IMG/VR virus record: IMGVR_UViG_3300022217_000228
Span: 1 to 64,000 of that record
Direction: 5' to 3' (one strand)
DNA length: 64,000 nt
DNA from: a virus
Taxonomy: Duplodnaviria > Caudoviricetes
Below are positions 19,648-28,741 of the stretch, piece after piece (within the stretch, counting starts at the first letter, position 1; each line of letters starts with the position of its first letter). The notes below the pieces were generated by a model, which saw only the letters and a program-made list of their open reading frames with translations, searched no databases and was not told where the DNA came from. Both the position numbers and the translations under genes were made by a program.

Positions 19648-20113
19648 TGGAAGAACCGATGAGCCTATAGATAGTTCTGGCAATATACCAAAATCTTTGG
19701 ATGAATATATAAATAGTCCTGCTGCAATTAAATCAGCAAAAAAAGCTATTGAAATGTGCCTTTCCGATAAGGCTGTTGTAAGAGCTGTAGTTGTAGATAA
19801 GAATAACTTCAAAGTAAAAGTATCTAAAAAAATGTGTAACAAAACGATATTCGTAGGCGATTGTCTTATTAGTATAGGTAAAGTAACATTTAATGAACAA
19901 AGAAGAATTGATAGTATAAAAAAAAATAATAAGGGTATAAAGAATATTGCCTTCACTATGACAAATAGAAAACTGATTAAAAAGCTATCAGGAAAGGAAG
20001 TCGACAATAAAACTGTTGACAAGACTAACCAAGAAACAATAAAGCCATGTAGCGAAACAAGCCAGAGTTGGGAAAGATATCGGGAAGCCAGGGTAGAATT
20101 TCAAGAAGATTGA
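19637..20113 (+). CDS. Hypothetical protein
   Basis: Coupled ORF. Confidence 0.6.
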   Translation: MILSGRTDEPIDSSGNIPKSLDEYINSPAAIKSAKKAIEMCLSDKAVVRAVVVDKNNFKVKVSKKMCNKTIFVGDCLISIGKVTFNEQRRIDSIKKNNKGIKNIAFTMTNRKLIKKLSGKEVDNKTVDKTNQETIKPCSETSQSWERYREARVEFQED

Positions 20114-20125
20114 AAGGAGACTGTA

Positions 20126-20260
20126 ATGCCGTTAACAAAAAAAGGTTCTAAAGTTATGAAAAATATGCGTAAAACTTACGGTTCTACGAAAAAAGCTGAA
20201 GAGGTGTTCTATGCTTCAAAAAATAAGGGGAAGCTTAAAGGAGTGTGTGGGAAAAAATAA
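20126..20260 (+). CDS. Small basic phage protein (MPLTKKG...VFYAS.NKG type, 44 aa)
   Basis: AAGGAG RBS; resembles a small ORF type common in uncultured phages; it takes up the annotated 20211 start of the next ORF. Confidence 0.75.
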   Translation: MPLTKKGSKVMKNMRKTYGSTKKAEEVFYASKNKGKLKGVCGKK

Positions 20261-20261
20261 T

Positions 20262-21248
20262 ATGGCTAAAGTATGCTTTTCTTCCGTATGCACTGCAGAT
20301 AGTTATTCATACTATATCCCGCTCTTCATATACACAACGAAGAAGGCTTATCCTAATGCGACAGTAAAGGTATTCGTTAAAGGAAAACTCAAAAATGATA
20401 TCAAAGAAGCACTTAAATTAATACCATACAAAGGATGGGAAGTATTAGAAAGTTGTTTTGCTTCATACCCGAATAAACCATTCATAACCAATTGCTTAAG
20501 ATTTCTTATTGATGAGAGGTATTACAAAGGATATGACTATGTTTTCGTTAAAGACATAGATTTTCTTATCTTTCCGCACAAAGTCTCTCATTACAAATAC
20601 TTTTCAAGACGTATTAAAAATCTTCCTTATTTCGGCGCAAAAGGTCCATACAGACGACCGAGAAGATACCACATAAATAGGGGGGGTTGGAAAGGGAATT
20701 TCACCAGAGTGGCTGGAGGTTCATTCTCATTCAAGAATCCTGCATGGTTTCGAAAAACAGGAAAAATACTCAAAGAATACAGACGTTATTTGAAGCACAA
20801 TGAACACGATAAATATGATAGCCACCCTCCTGGATCATATCGAGAATGCGATGAAGTAATGCTGTTCCGTATTATAAAGAAATCGGGACTTCCTACTCCT
20901 AGGAGAAAGAATAAAAACGTGTATGGCAAACGTGCACCTAAAACATACAGAGATATTCACTTAGGCGACTTTGGAAAAGCACGACATTCCTATAGAAGAA
21001 TATCGAAAAGACTAACTCTTGAAAACGTGAAAAAGTACGCAATACTTGAGAAGGATCCAATATGGAGAAAGCTACGAAAGAAGATGAGAACAAGCGCAAG
21101 GGTGAGGGAAGCGATTCGTCGACTAAGGAAGTATACAAAACGCCGCTTGAATTTATCTTCCTTATCCGTGGGAGGAACTGCGCAACCACAATTGAAAAAT
21201 GCATCCGTTCAATTAGAAGACAAACCTACAAGCACTGGCACGCAATAA
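20262..21248 (+). CDS. Putative GT-A glycosyltransferase
   Basis: LRFL...YDYVFVKDIDFL (DxD motif), DE near the C-terminus; the ORF track starts it at 20211. Confidence 0.55.
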   Translation: MAKVCFSSVCTADSYSYYIPLFIYTTKKAYPNATVKVFVKGKLKNDIKEALKLIPYKGWEVLESCFASYPNKPFITNCLRFLIDERYYKGYDYVFVKDIDFLIFPHKVSHYKYFSRRIKNLPYFGAKGPYRRPRRYHINRGGWKGNFTRVAGGSFSFKNPAWFRKTGKILKEYRRYLKHNEHDKYDSHPPGSYRECDEVMLFRIIKKSGLPTPRRKNKNVYGKRAPKTYRDIHLGDFGKARHSYRRISKRLTLENVKKYAILEKDPIWRKLRKKMRTSARVREAIRRLRKYTKRRLNLSSLSVGGTAQPQLKNASVQLEDKPTSTGTQ

Positions 21249-21859
21249 TAGTACTCGATGCTCCTACCGATAATTCTGAGCAAATCACAAAATCACTCAT
21301 AGAAAACGATAGTCGATTTCATCTTACTGTTAACAAAAGGCAGCTTGGTGTCTGCGGAAATATGTATCATATAATAAGATACACGTCAAAAACATTTCTC
21401 CCGTATGATTCCAATGTTGGAGTAGTAGTCGATGCTGATGATTGGATAAGCAAGGATGCTTTAAGGACGGTTGAAAAGGTCTTTAGAAAACATCCTGACG
21501 CGTTGATCACTCATGGCAGCTATAAAAAAATGTCACGAGGACGACGAACGAAAATAAGCAGGCCATATCCGAAGCACGGAAACATCAGAAAATTACCATG
21601 GCGCGGATCCCATATGAAGACAATTAAATGGAAAATTCTTAAAAAAGCTAGACCTTCGTGGTTTCAACACAAAGGGAAGTGGCTTGGTGCCGCAAGTGAC
21701 TTAGCATTAATGTTTAATTGTGTTGAAATCAGTGGGTTAAATAAAACAAAACATGTGTACAAAGTTATTTATTACTGGAATGACAATACCACTAAAAGGA
21801 AAAGAATGTTGGAAAAGAAATGTGAGAAGGTATTGAGAAATAAGGTTAAGAACACATAG
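21062..21859 (+). CDS. Family 2 glycosyltransferase
   Basis: KCIRSIRRQTY, IVLDAPTDNS, VVDADDW, ASDLALMF. Confidence 0.88.
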   Translation: MEKATKEDENKRKGEGSDSSTKEVYKTPLEFIFLIRGRNCATTIEKCIRSIRRQTYKHWHAIIVLDAPTDNSEQITKSLIENDSRFHLTVNKRQLGVCGNMYHIIRYTSKTFLPYDSNVGVVVDADDWISKDALRTVEKVFRKHPDALITHGSYKKMSRGRRTKISRPYPKHGNIRKLPWRGSHMKTIKWKILKKARPSWFQHKGKWLGAASDLALMFNCVEISGLNKTKHVYKVIYYWNDNTTKRKRMLEKKCEKVLRNKVKNT

Positions 21860-22286
21860 AATAATATTTATGAATATCGGCAACAGTTTCTCTTATTTCT
21901 GTCCCTGAGAAGCCACAACTACGAGGCATGTGCTCGTGTTCTATACCAAGTTTATCAAAATTTTTTAAAACCTCTTCATTCCCTGAAACATATATTGCAT
22001 CATTAACATTAATATCAAAATCACTGAGTAATGATAAATATTCTTTTTTTGTTATTTTAGCAAAATGAATGTTGTTTACTATTGCAATCACTCTGCCCTT
22101 TGAATTATGCTCGAATATCCTTTCAACAATCGATTTGACTTCATCAGCAGTTAATGTTCTATCCTCATAATCAAGAATAACTACCACAACGCTGGAATAT
22201 TTATCCAGTAATTTTAGTATTGTTAAGACGTGGCCAATATGGATTGGCGAGAACCTTCCAGAGAATATAGCTACTTTCCCGTTCAT
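21846..22286 (-). CDS. HxGH cytidylyl/adenylyltransferase
   Basis: FSGRFSPIHIGH, SGTEIR. Confidence 0.85.
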   Translation of the reverse strand: MNGKVAIFSGRFSPIHIGHVLTILKLLDKYSSVVVVILDYEDRTLTADEVKSIVERIFEHNSKGRVIAIVNNIHFAKITKKEYLSLLSDFDINVNDAIYVSGNEEVLKNFDKLGIEHEHMPRSCGFSGTEIRETVADIHKYYSMCS

Positions 22287-22402
22287 ATCGCCTTAATTAT
22301 CTCTATAACCATATGAATAATCCACAATATAAGTGCTCCACCCCAACCAAACATTGCTATTTTAACAGCTACCGGCTTATTTAGTATTGTTTTTGGACAC
22401 AT
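22283..22402 (-). CDS. Small membrane protein (39 aa)
   Basis: ATG overlaps the upstream stop; one hydrophobic segment. Confidence 0.45.
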   Translation of the reverse strand: MCPKTILNKPVAVKIAMFGWGGALILWIIHMVIEIIKAI

Positions 22403-22572
22403 TATTTAACCCATATATCCTTTATAAAGTTTAATATCATAACTACAAGAGAGCTAACGGCAAATGTTACAAACCACCACATTTTATCTTTAAGGCTTTT
22501 AATATCATTAGTTATATTTTTATGTCGTTCTTCGCACAATTCTTTGTTGAATTTACTTTCTTCATCTCCCAA
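22402..22572 (-). CDS. Holin/XhlA-like small membrane protein (56 aa, TTG start)
   Basis: Charged coiled-coil N-terminus (LCEERHKNI...LKD) followed by one transmembrane segment; lies at the end of the virion operon. Confidence 0.45.
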   Translation of the reverse strand: MGDEESKFNKELCEERHKNITNDIKSLKDKMWWFVTFAVSSLVVMILNFIKDIWVK

Positions 22573-22575
22573 AAT

Positions 22576-25500
22576 CTACTCACTCTCTTCTTTAGTTCCT
22601 TCAGATACCATCCTTTGATAAACCATTATAGCTGCATCTTTTTTAGGAACCCCCGAATCTTTCAATATGTTGAATATTTGATTGCTGCTTAAACCTGCTA
22701 CCATAGCATCTTTTAAAGTATCGACATATTTATTTAGTATTTTCTGCCGTTGTATTTCTGAAAATACTCTTCCTTCAGAGATACCGTGACTCTTTAGAGT
22801 GTTGGTTACGCTTTTCAAATCTCCGGTTAAAAGAAATCTTTTGCGCAATTTGCTGACAATCTTATTTTCTCTGATTTTCTCTCGTTCAGATATTCGTTCG
22901 CCTTTATACTTAAGTCTCGCCGCTTCGGTTAAATCACGTCGGAGTTGAAATGATTTGTATTTAAGGGAGCGTGCAACATTTAATCGAGATACTCTGACGC
23001 CTGTGGATTGTGCAATAGCCTCTGTTTTTAAATCATACTTCTGTCCGTACTTGCCAGCACCTTCCTTAGTTGCTTGGTACATTCGTTTCGCCCCAGCTAT
23101 TGCTCCAGGGGTAATAGCGTCGGCAAAATGAGCAGCAGCCTTTGTCATCTTTCCTTCAAGGGCATCCTCAGTATTCCAAACTTGAGTACCGTCTTTCTTT
23201 TTGTTTCTGCTGATATCAAGTAGCTTCTGAGTCATTAAATCCTCAGAAAGGAATGGTGAGAACGCTTCAGAAAGTGATTGAATAGCCTTTTGGTCTACAT
23301 CTTCTCCACGCATTGCAGCTATTACTACATTCTTCATATAAGAATGAGGATCGGTATAACCCAAATCAATATAATTCTGCTCCCCTTCTTTACCTTTTCC
23401 TGTATATATTATTTGAGAATTCTGAGACCATGGACCCATAAATGTCCTGTATGCTTCATCTTTCTTTCTGTTTGTTCCGGTAAGGTACCTAGCTCCTGCA
23501 GTAGCAGCACCTGTTATGGTAGCAGCAGTTAATATCCCTGCCAACCGCTTTGCACCAATAGCCTGCAATCCGGGAGTTTTTAATTCTGTCATTGCCAATT
23601 TAGTTGTATTTGCAGCCGTCCTTATTACTTCTGCAGGGAAGGATACGAAAGAGCCAACGAATGGGAACTTCCTCAGCGATCGAACAAGTTCAGGTATCAT
23701 TTCATAAGTTGGATACGTGTTTCTTACTATATTGGCCACATGTTCTTTGATTTCTTGTTCGGATGCTCCCGGCATTGCCTTCTTGTATCTCTTCAACTCG
23801 TTCTCATATGCAAATACCTTCCAAACGTCGTCTTCTGCACCATACAGCTTCTCTATGCCTTTAATCACTTTCTTTGCAGCTCTACGTTTCCCAGTGCCAA
23901 TCATCATATCAATGTCACCTTGAGTAACATCTTTTACTATGTCTTTGATCTCACCGTATCGAGCACCAGTTCCTATTACCCCAAGCTCGGTTAGTTCACG
24001 CAGATACCTTTTCTGTTCTGCTGTTCCTTTATTTGCAAAATCCTTAAATGTTGATGCTATTGCCTTGGGTGCTTTTGTAACATCTACATGGCCATTCATA
24101 ATGGCAAAACCAGTGTTTCCCGTGACATTTCTAAGGTGAGTCATTGGGGACAATATTGTCTTTGCATACTTTGCAGTGCTTGAAACGCCTATAAGCCCAC
24201 GTAGCCACGCTGGATCTACGGTACTACTCATAGTTTTTTCAAAAGCTTCTTTAATTTCTTTGGTAGTATACAATCCACTCAAGGGCTTCATTGAAGGAGT
24301 TACTTCGCCACTTATTGGAACGCTGTAACTCTTTCCTTGTTGAACGATCGGTTTCTCGTGAAAATATTTACCGAGCCCTTCGGCTTTAACATCATTAAGA
24401 AACTTGTGGTTGGCAATTAAAGACGCCATTTTAGAAACTGATTTAGCATAATTTACATCAGCATCTTTGTATTCTCCCCACAATGACCGTATCTCAGCAG
24501 GTATTTCTTTTCGGTGTTTTAAGACATCAAGTTTTTTGCTACCCAATTTGCCTTTTGCAAGCATAGCTATAGGAGCATCTTCTTTGTATAACAATTCATC
24601 TATTCTTCCATTAACTTCAGCTTCAGATAAATCTGGGTGTTCATCTCTGATAAAAGCCTTTGCCCTATTCCTAACAGGTTCAGGAACTTTCTTTGCCCAA
24701 TCAGGATCATCAAACACACGGTACGATCTGTGTGTGTAAAAACCCATATTCTCGGATACTTTACCTTCTAAATCACCAGCAATAACTCCCTCATCTATAA
24801 GTTTTTGAGACAAGGCGTCAATATGATTGCGCATATTTTTAACTACAGGCTGTAACTCAGGTTTTAGCTCTTCAATAGGCTTCTCGCCTTTTAATGCAGC
24901 ATCGAGTTCGAAGGCTTCTTGACTGGATAACCTTGATTTACCATAAGCTTTTGTAGCCTTTGATTTGAATTCATTTACAGTGTGTTCGATTTCTTTTAAC
25001 TCAGCATTTATCCAATGCTCTTTTTGCATCTTTCTACGGAATACTTCTTTAGGTAGGCCACCGCGAGTGGTGAGTTGTTGCTGCATTATTTTGCCAAGTT
25101 CATTTCTGGCATCTTTGGCAACACTTAAATTAACAGAACCGCGCTCACCGATTCCCTCGGGAACCATTGCGGTTTCAAATTGTTCAGGACGATCTAAACG
25201 GTCTATTTCGTCAGTAATAGCTTTAGAAAATGGAGATGGTTTGGAAAGTGTAGATTTTAATTCTTGGAAGGTGTCGCTGTATTTTTGTTCAACTGGAGCG
25301 CCTCGTCCCACAGCTCCTTCGCCCGCTGGCGCACCTGTGGGTTCGGGCTTTGTATAAGGCGGTATAGCTTCTGGGCGTAGTTCTCCTGCTGCTGGGGCTC
25401 GGGCTGTGCCCACGGGCTGCGGTTGCGGTTCACTCGGTTGCTCATACTCTTTAATATAACCCTCTTTGCCGGTTATGTCAACTGTTGTTTCTATATCTTC

Positions 25501-26922
25501 CTCTGTGGCTGGTGCTCTTACATGCCTAGTTTCTACCATTTCAGAAGGTAAAACTTCTCCTTCAAATACTTCTTTTGCTATATCTTTCCTAAACTCAGTC
25601 TTTTCAAATTCTGGTTTTTGTGGTTCAATAACTGGTTTTCTGCTCGGAGTTCTTGCCTTTTCCAAAGATTCCTTAATCAGTTGATTTAATTTATCGCTCC
25701 GTTCTTTCGGCATTTCAATCTGAATGTCTTTTATTTTACCTTGTCCAATAAGTTTTTTTAATTCATCTCTTTGTGCTGCTTGTTCAAGTTTGAATGTTTT
25801 TCCCGCGGCAACATCACGTATTGCAAATCCTGCAGCTGAGGCGAGGCTCACCACCTCGTTCTTCCACCACTCTTTTGACCCAACATCTTCTCCTCGAATT
25901 TTGCCTGCAGCAACATCATAAACAAGATCAGTTAATGGTTGTGCAATAAGCTGTGCAACTCCTGGTGGAGCAAGTACTTCTGGAATAACACTTATCAAAC
26001 CACCGCCGCTTTGCTGTGCAACATCCTTCATTGCCTCGCCAAGATCTTTTCTACCTATATTCTGTTCAGCAGATATTGCCCCTGTAGTAAGCACACGAGA
26101 AAGCGCAGTCTTTAATAACGGTGATTTTGCGATAGGGGCAATCTTATTAAGTGCGGCGCCGACAAGACGACCGCCAACTATTGCCTGTGCAATTGTTCCC
26201 GTTATTTGTCCTGCAGCAAATCGTATAGGGGCAGCCTGCCTTACCTTTTCAAGTTCTTCCTTCGTCTCTTTCGGGAAAAAAGTAGGAATTGGAGTAGACT
26301 GCAATATTCCAAATGCAAGAGCATTTGCTTCGCGATCTTCTTTAAGCAATACTTCCATTTCTTTTCTAACATGAGCTTGTTCTACCCATGGCAATTGCTT
26401 CATTAACTCTATCCCACGTTCTTGTGGAATAGATTTAAGCTCAAGAGCTCTTGCACGCGGGTCATCGATAGTAATAAATCGCGATTCCATGGCAGCAACT
26501 TTTGGATCCAGACTAAGTTGTATAAGAGGAATCTCTGTTGGTGGTTGCTTGGCTGCAGGTTGTTTAGATATACCTTCTGGTTCTCCGAATTCTCGTGTTA
26601 CACCGAAAGATATTTTCTCTTCCGGAGTTTCAAACTCACGCGAAACACCGGTAGATAAAGGCAATGCCCGCTGTTCTACCGGTGGTTCTTCAGGTTCTTC
26701 TTTTGCTGTAATGGATTCATAGAGCCCCTTTGCAGCTTCTACTCCAGCACCTATTCCTTCTTTCGCACGTTCTAATAGAGAAGGTTTTTCTTCTATTATA
26801 CCTTTGCCATACTCTGGGTATTTTGTCAGGATTTTGGTAACAAGAGTTTCATCATCTACAGAAGCATAAGATGGATACTTCGCTTTGATTTTCTGAGCAA
26901 ATTCACTTCTTGTATAATTCAC
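22576..26922 (-). CDS. Large internal virion / DNA ejection protein (1448 aa)
   Basis: Size, last position in the virion module, N-terminal FAQKIKAKYPSY..VDDETL motif, helical composition. Confidence 0.6.
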   Translation of the reverse strand: MNYTRSEFAQKIKAKYPSYASVDDETLVTKILTKYPEYGKGIIEEKPSLLERAKEGIGAGVEAAKGLYESITAKEEPEEPPVEQRALPLSTGVSREFETPEEKISFGVTREFGEPEGISKQPAAKQPPTEIPLIQLSLDPKVAAMESRFITIDDPRARALELKSIPQERGIELMKQLPWVEQAHVRKEMEVLLKEDREANALAFGILQSTPIPTFFPKETKEELEKVRQAAPIRFAAGQITGTIAQAIVGGRLVGAALNKIAPIAKSPLLKTALSRVLTTGAISAEQNIGRKDLGEAMKDVAQQSGGGLISVIPEVLAPPGVAQLIAQPLTDLVYDVAAGKIRGEDVGSKEWWKNEVVSLASAAGFAIRDVAAGKTFKLEQAAQRDELKKLIGQGKIKDIQIEMPKERSDKLNQLIKESLEKARTPSRKPVIEPQKPEFEKTEFRKDIAKEVFEGEVLPSEMVETRHVRAPATEEDIETTVDITGKEGYIKEYEQPSEPQPQPVGTARAPAAGELRPEAIPPYTKPEPTGAPAGEGAVGRGAPVEQKYSDTFQELKSTLSKPSPFSKAITDEIDRLDRPEQFETAMVPEGIGERGSVNLSVAKDARNELGKIMQQQLTTRGGLPKEVFRRKMQKEHWINAELKEIEHTVNEFKSKATKAYGKSRLSSQEAFELDAALKGEKPIEELKPELQPVVKNMRNHIDALSQKLIDEGVIAGDLEGKVSENMGFYTHRSYRVFDDPDWAKKVPEPVRNRAKAFIRDEHPDLSEAEVNGRIDELLYKEDAPIAMLAKGKLGSKKLDVLKHRKEIPAEIRSLWGEYKDADVNYAKSVSKMASLIANHKFLNDVKAEGLGKYFHEKPIVQQGKSYSVPISGEVTPSMKPLSGLYTTKEIKEAFEKTMSSTVDPAWLRGLIGVSSTAKYAKTILSPMTHLRNVTGNTGFAIMNGHVDVTKAPKAIASTFKDFANKGTAEQKRYLRELTELGVIGTGARYGEIKDIVKDVTQGDIDMMIGTGKRRAAKKVIKGIEKLYGAEDDVWKVFAYENELKRYKKAMPGASEQEIKEHVANIVRNTYPTYEMIPELVRSLRKFPFVGSFVSFPAEVIRTAANTTKLAMTELKTPGLQAIGAKRLAGILTAATITGAATAGARYLTGTNRKKDEAYRTFMGPWSQNSQIIYTGKGKEGEQNYIDLGYTDPHSYMKNVVIAAMRGEDVDQKAIQSLSEAFSPFLSEDLMTQKLLDISRNKKKDGTQVWNTEDALEGKMTKAAAHFADAITPGAIAGAKRMYQATKEGAGKYGQKYDLKTEAIAQSTGVRVSRLNVARSLKYKSFQLRRDLTEAARLKYKGERISEREKIRENKIVSKLRKRFLLTGDLKSVTNTLKSHGISEGRVFSEIQRQKILNKYVDTLKDAMVAGLSSNQIFNILKDSGVPKKDAAIMVYQRMVSEGTKEESE

Positions 26923-28379
26923 TAAAATAGCCCTAACGGATCTTCGGTTGGAGTCGCCGCCGGCTGTCCGGTTCCTTGTATTACTCCATAAACCTGATCC
27001 TGTAATTGCTGCATCTCACTTAAAACAGCCTGTATTTCCTCATCAGGTGGCTTTGGAGCACCTTTAGCTTGTGCAACAGCTCCTACTTCTTCAGGGAATG
27101 CATAGGCAAGAGCTATGCGCTTCTGCGGGTCTCTTAGAATAGCTCGTGCGGCATCAGCTATTCCACTTGTTTGCTTCATTACTTCGACACCATATTCACC
27201 TTCAATAACTTTATACAGATTTGGGAATTGCTGTTTAGCCATATTTTTAACTGCAGCTTGCAGCTCTTTACCTAATTTCCAATCTGGTGTTACTGTTGGT
27301 TGTCTTGGCGCCCTTTTTCTGGCATCTTCCTCTTTCATGCGCTTCTGCCATTCCGTAAGAGCGGTATCCCATGAACTCTGCTGCTGCTCTTCTTTATTTA
27401 TTAACCGGTCTATCTCAGTATTCATTCTACCGAGAAATTCTGGATCATCTGCAAGCTGCTGTGGTATATCAAGCTCCGTTGCAATTCGTTCTATCTCAAG
27501 CATCAAGTCAGTTTGCTTTCCACTTTCAATCTGACGTGGATCAAGGTTTTGTGTTTTTATAACCGTTTTAGTTAAATTGTCCAGCGTTCTCTTTTTAGTC
27601 CTTAGCCCCTCTACTGCATTTTGGCTCTCAATAATAGCAGTATGGAAACCAGACTCCTTGCTCACACCAGTCATTGTCCTAATATTTTTCTCACGCTGCT
27701 TATTTTCCTGCTCACGTTGCTCTTCATACATTTTTAGTGGCTGTTGAAATACCTGTTCAGTAGATTCAACCTGCTTACCGAGTGTTTCAGGAACCATTTC
27801 TTGTGCTGCCGGAGACAGTTGTGCGAATTCACGCTGGTATTCTTCACCTCTGATAGGCCGTCGCTGTTCCTGCATCTCCATAGGAACTTCACCAGCTCGT
27901 TCTGGAGCAGCTTGTGCAGGAATCGGTGGGCCTTCCGCCTGTACCTGCCGTTGTTCAGTTATAGGCTGCTGCATTTTACCTGTAAATCCTGCAGCTTCAC
28001 TCTTGGTTGCCAATCCTTCAAGATATTTATCAGCACGTTCAGCGCTACCTAATAACAGCTTTATGTTCTGCTCTGGGCTTAATCCCTGCATAGGTTTTTT
28101 AATAAACCTTTTAGCCTGAACCATAGCTTTAAGAAAATTACCTTCAAGTGACGGATCACTATTTTTAACATCATCAGCAAACTGATAAAGTGATTGCCCA
28201 TACAAATCATTGACTTCCTTATCAATGTTTTTTCTTTTAACTATCTCAGGTATTTTCTGTGCAAAATCAATAAGGTTTGAACTAATACCACTAGCAGTTC
28301 CACCAATAATATTAGCTTTCGCATATGCAGCCTGCATAGGGTCATATCGGATAGGCATATTATCCCCGCAATCCGGCAA
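26922..28379 (-). CDS. Putative internal virion protein
   Basis: Q/E-rich, ends in DPLGLF; position in the ejection cluster. Confidence 0.5.
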   Translation of the reverse strand: MPDCGDNMPIRYDPMQAAYAKANIIGGTASGISSNLIDFAQKIPEIVKRKNIDKEVNDLYGQSLYQFADDVKNSDPSLEGNFLKAMVQAKRFIKKPMQGLSPEQNIKLLLGSAERADKYLEGLATKSEAAGFTGKMQQPITEQRQVQAEGPPIPAQAAPERAGEVPMEMQEQRRPIRGEEYQREFAQLSPAAQEMVPETLGKQVESTEQVFQQPLKMYEEQREQENKQREKNIRTMTGVSKESGFHTAIIESQNAVEGLRTKKRTLDNLTKTVIKTQNLDPRQIESGKQTDLMLEIERIATELDIPQQLADDPEFLGRMNTEIDRLINKEEQQQSSWDTALTEWQKRMKEEDARKRAPRQPTVTPDWKLGKELQAAVKNMAKQQFPNLYKVIEGEYGVEVMKQTSGIADAARAILRDPQKRIALAYAFPEEVGAVAQAKGAPKPPDEEIQAVLSEMQQLQDQVYGVIQGTGQPAATPTEDPLGLF

Positions 28380-28725
28380 GTCTGTTTATAAATAAATTTT
28401 CGAGTTGTGCGTTTTTGTTTACCACTTGAGTCAATCTGCTTACTTGATCTCTGAATCTTGTGTGAGCTTCTTGTTCTTGATACATTCCAAGTTCTCGTTC
28501 TTTTAATTTTGTAGAAACATCGAATTGCCTTCTTCCTTCTCTAATCTTTCTCTTTTCAAGTTTTTCTTTGCTTATTCTAGCTCTTTTTGCCTCTTCAAAC
28601 TCACCAAGATACATCTCTTTCGATTCTCGTCGTCCCTTTTCAATCTCACGACTTTGCATAGAACCACTAACCACTTCGGTTCCAACACCAATTAATCCGC
28701 TTATTATTGCTGCTGCAATAGACAT
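28360..28725 (-). CDS. Putative small ejection protein
   Basis: Gly/Ala hydrophobic N-terminus followed by coiled coil. Confidence 0.5.
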   Translation of the reverse strand: MSIAAAIISGLIGVGTEVVSGSMQSREIEKGRRESKEMYLGEFEEAKRARISKEKLEKRKIREGRRQFDVSTKLKERELGMYQEQEAHTRFRDQVSRLTQVVNKNAQLENLFINRLAGLRG

Positions 28726-28741
28726 ATGTTACCTCTTCGTA

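Noticed and set aside
5278-21859. Definite DNA hypermodification cluster
   Set aside because: No recognisable base-handle enzyme or phage DNA polymerase in the window; kept only as an alternative.
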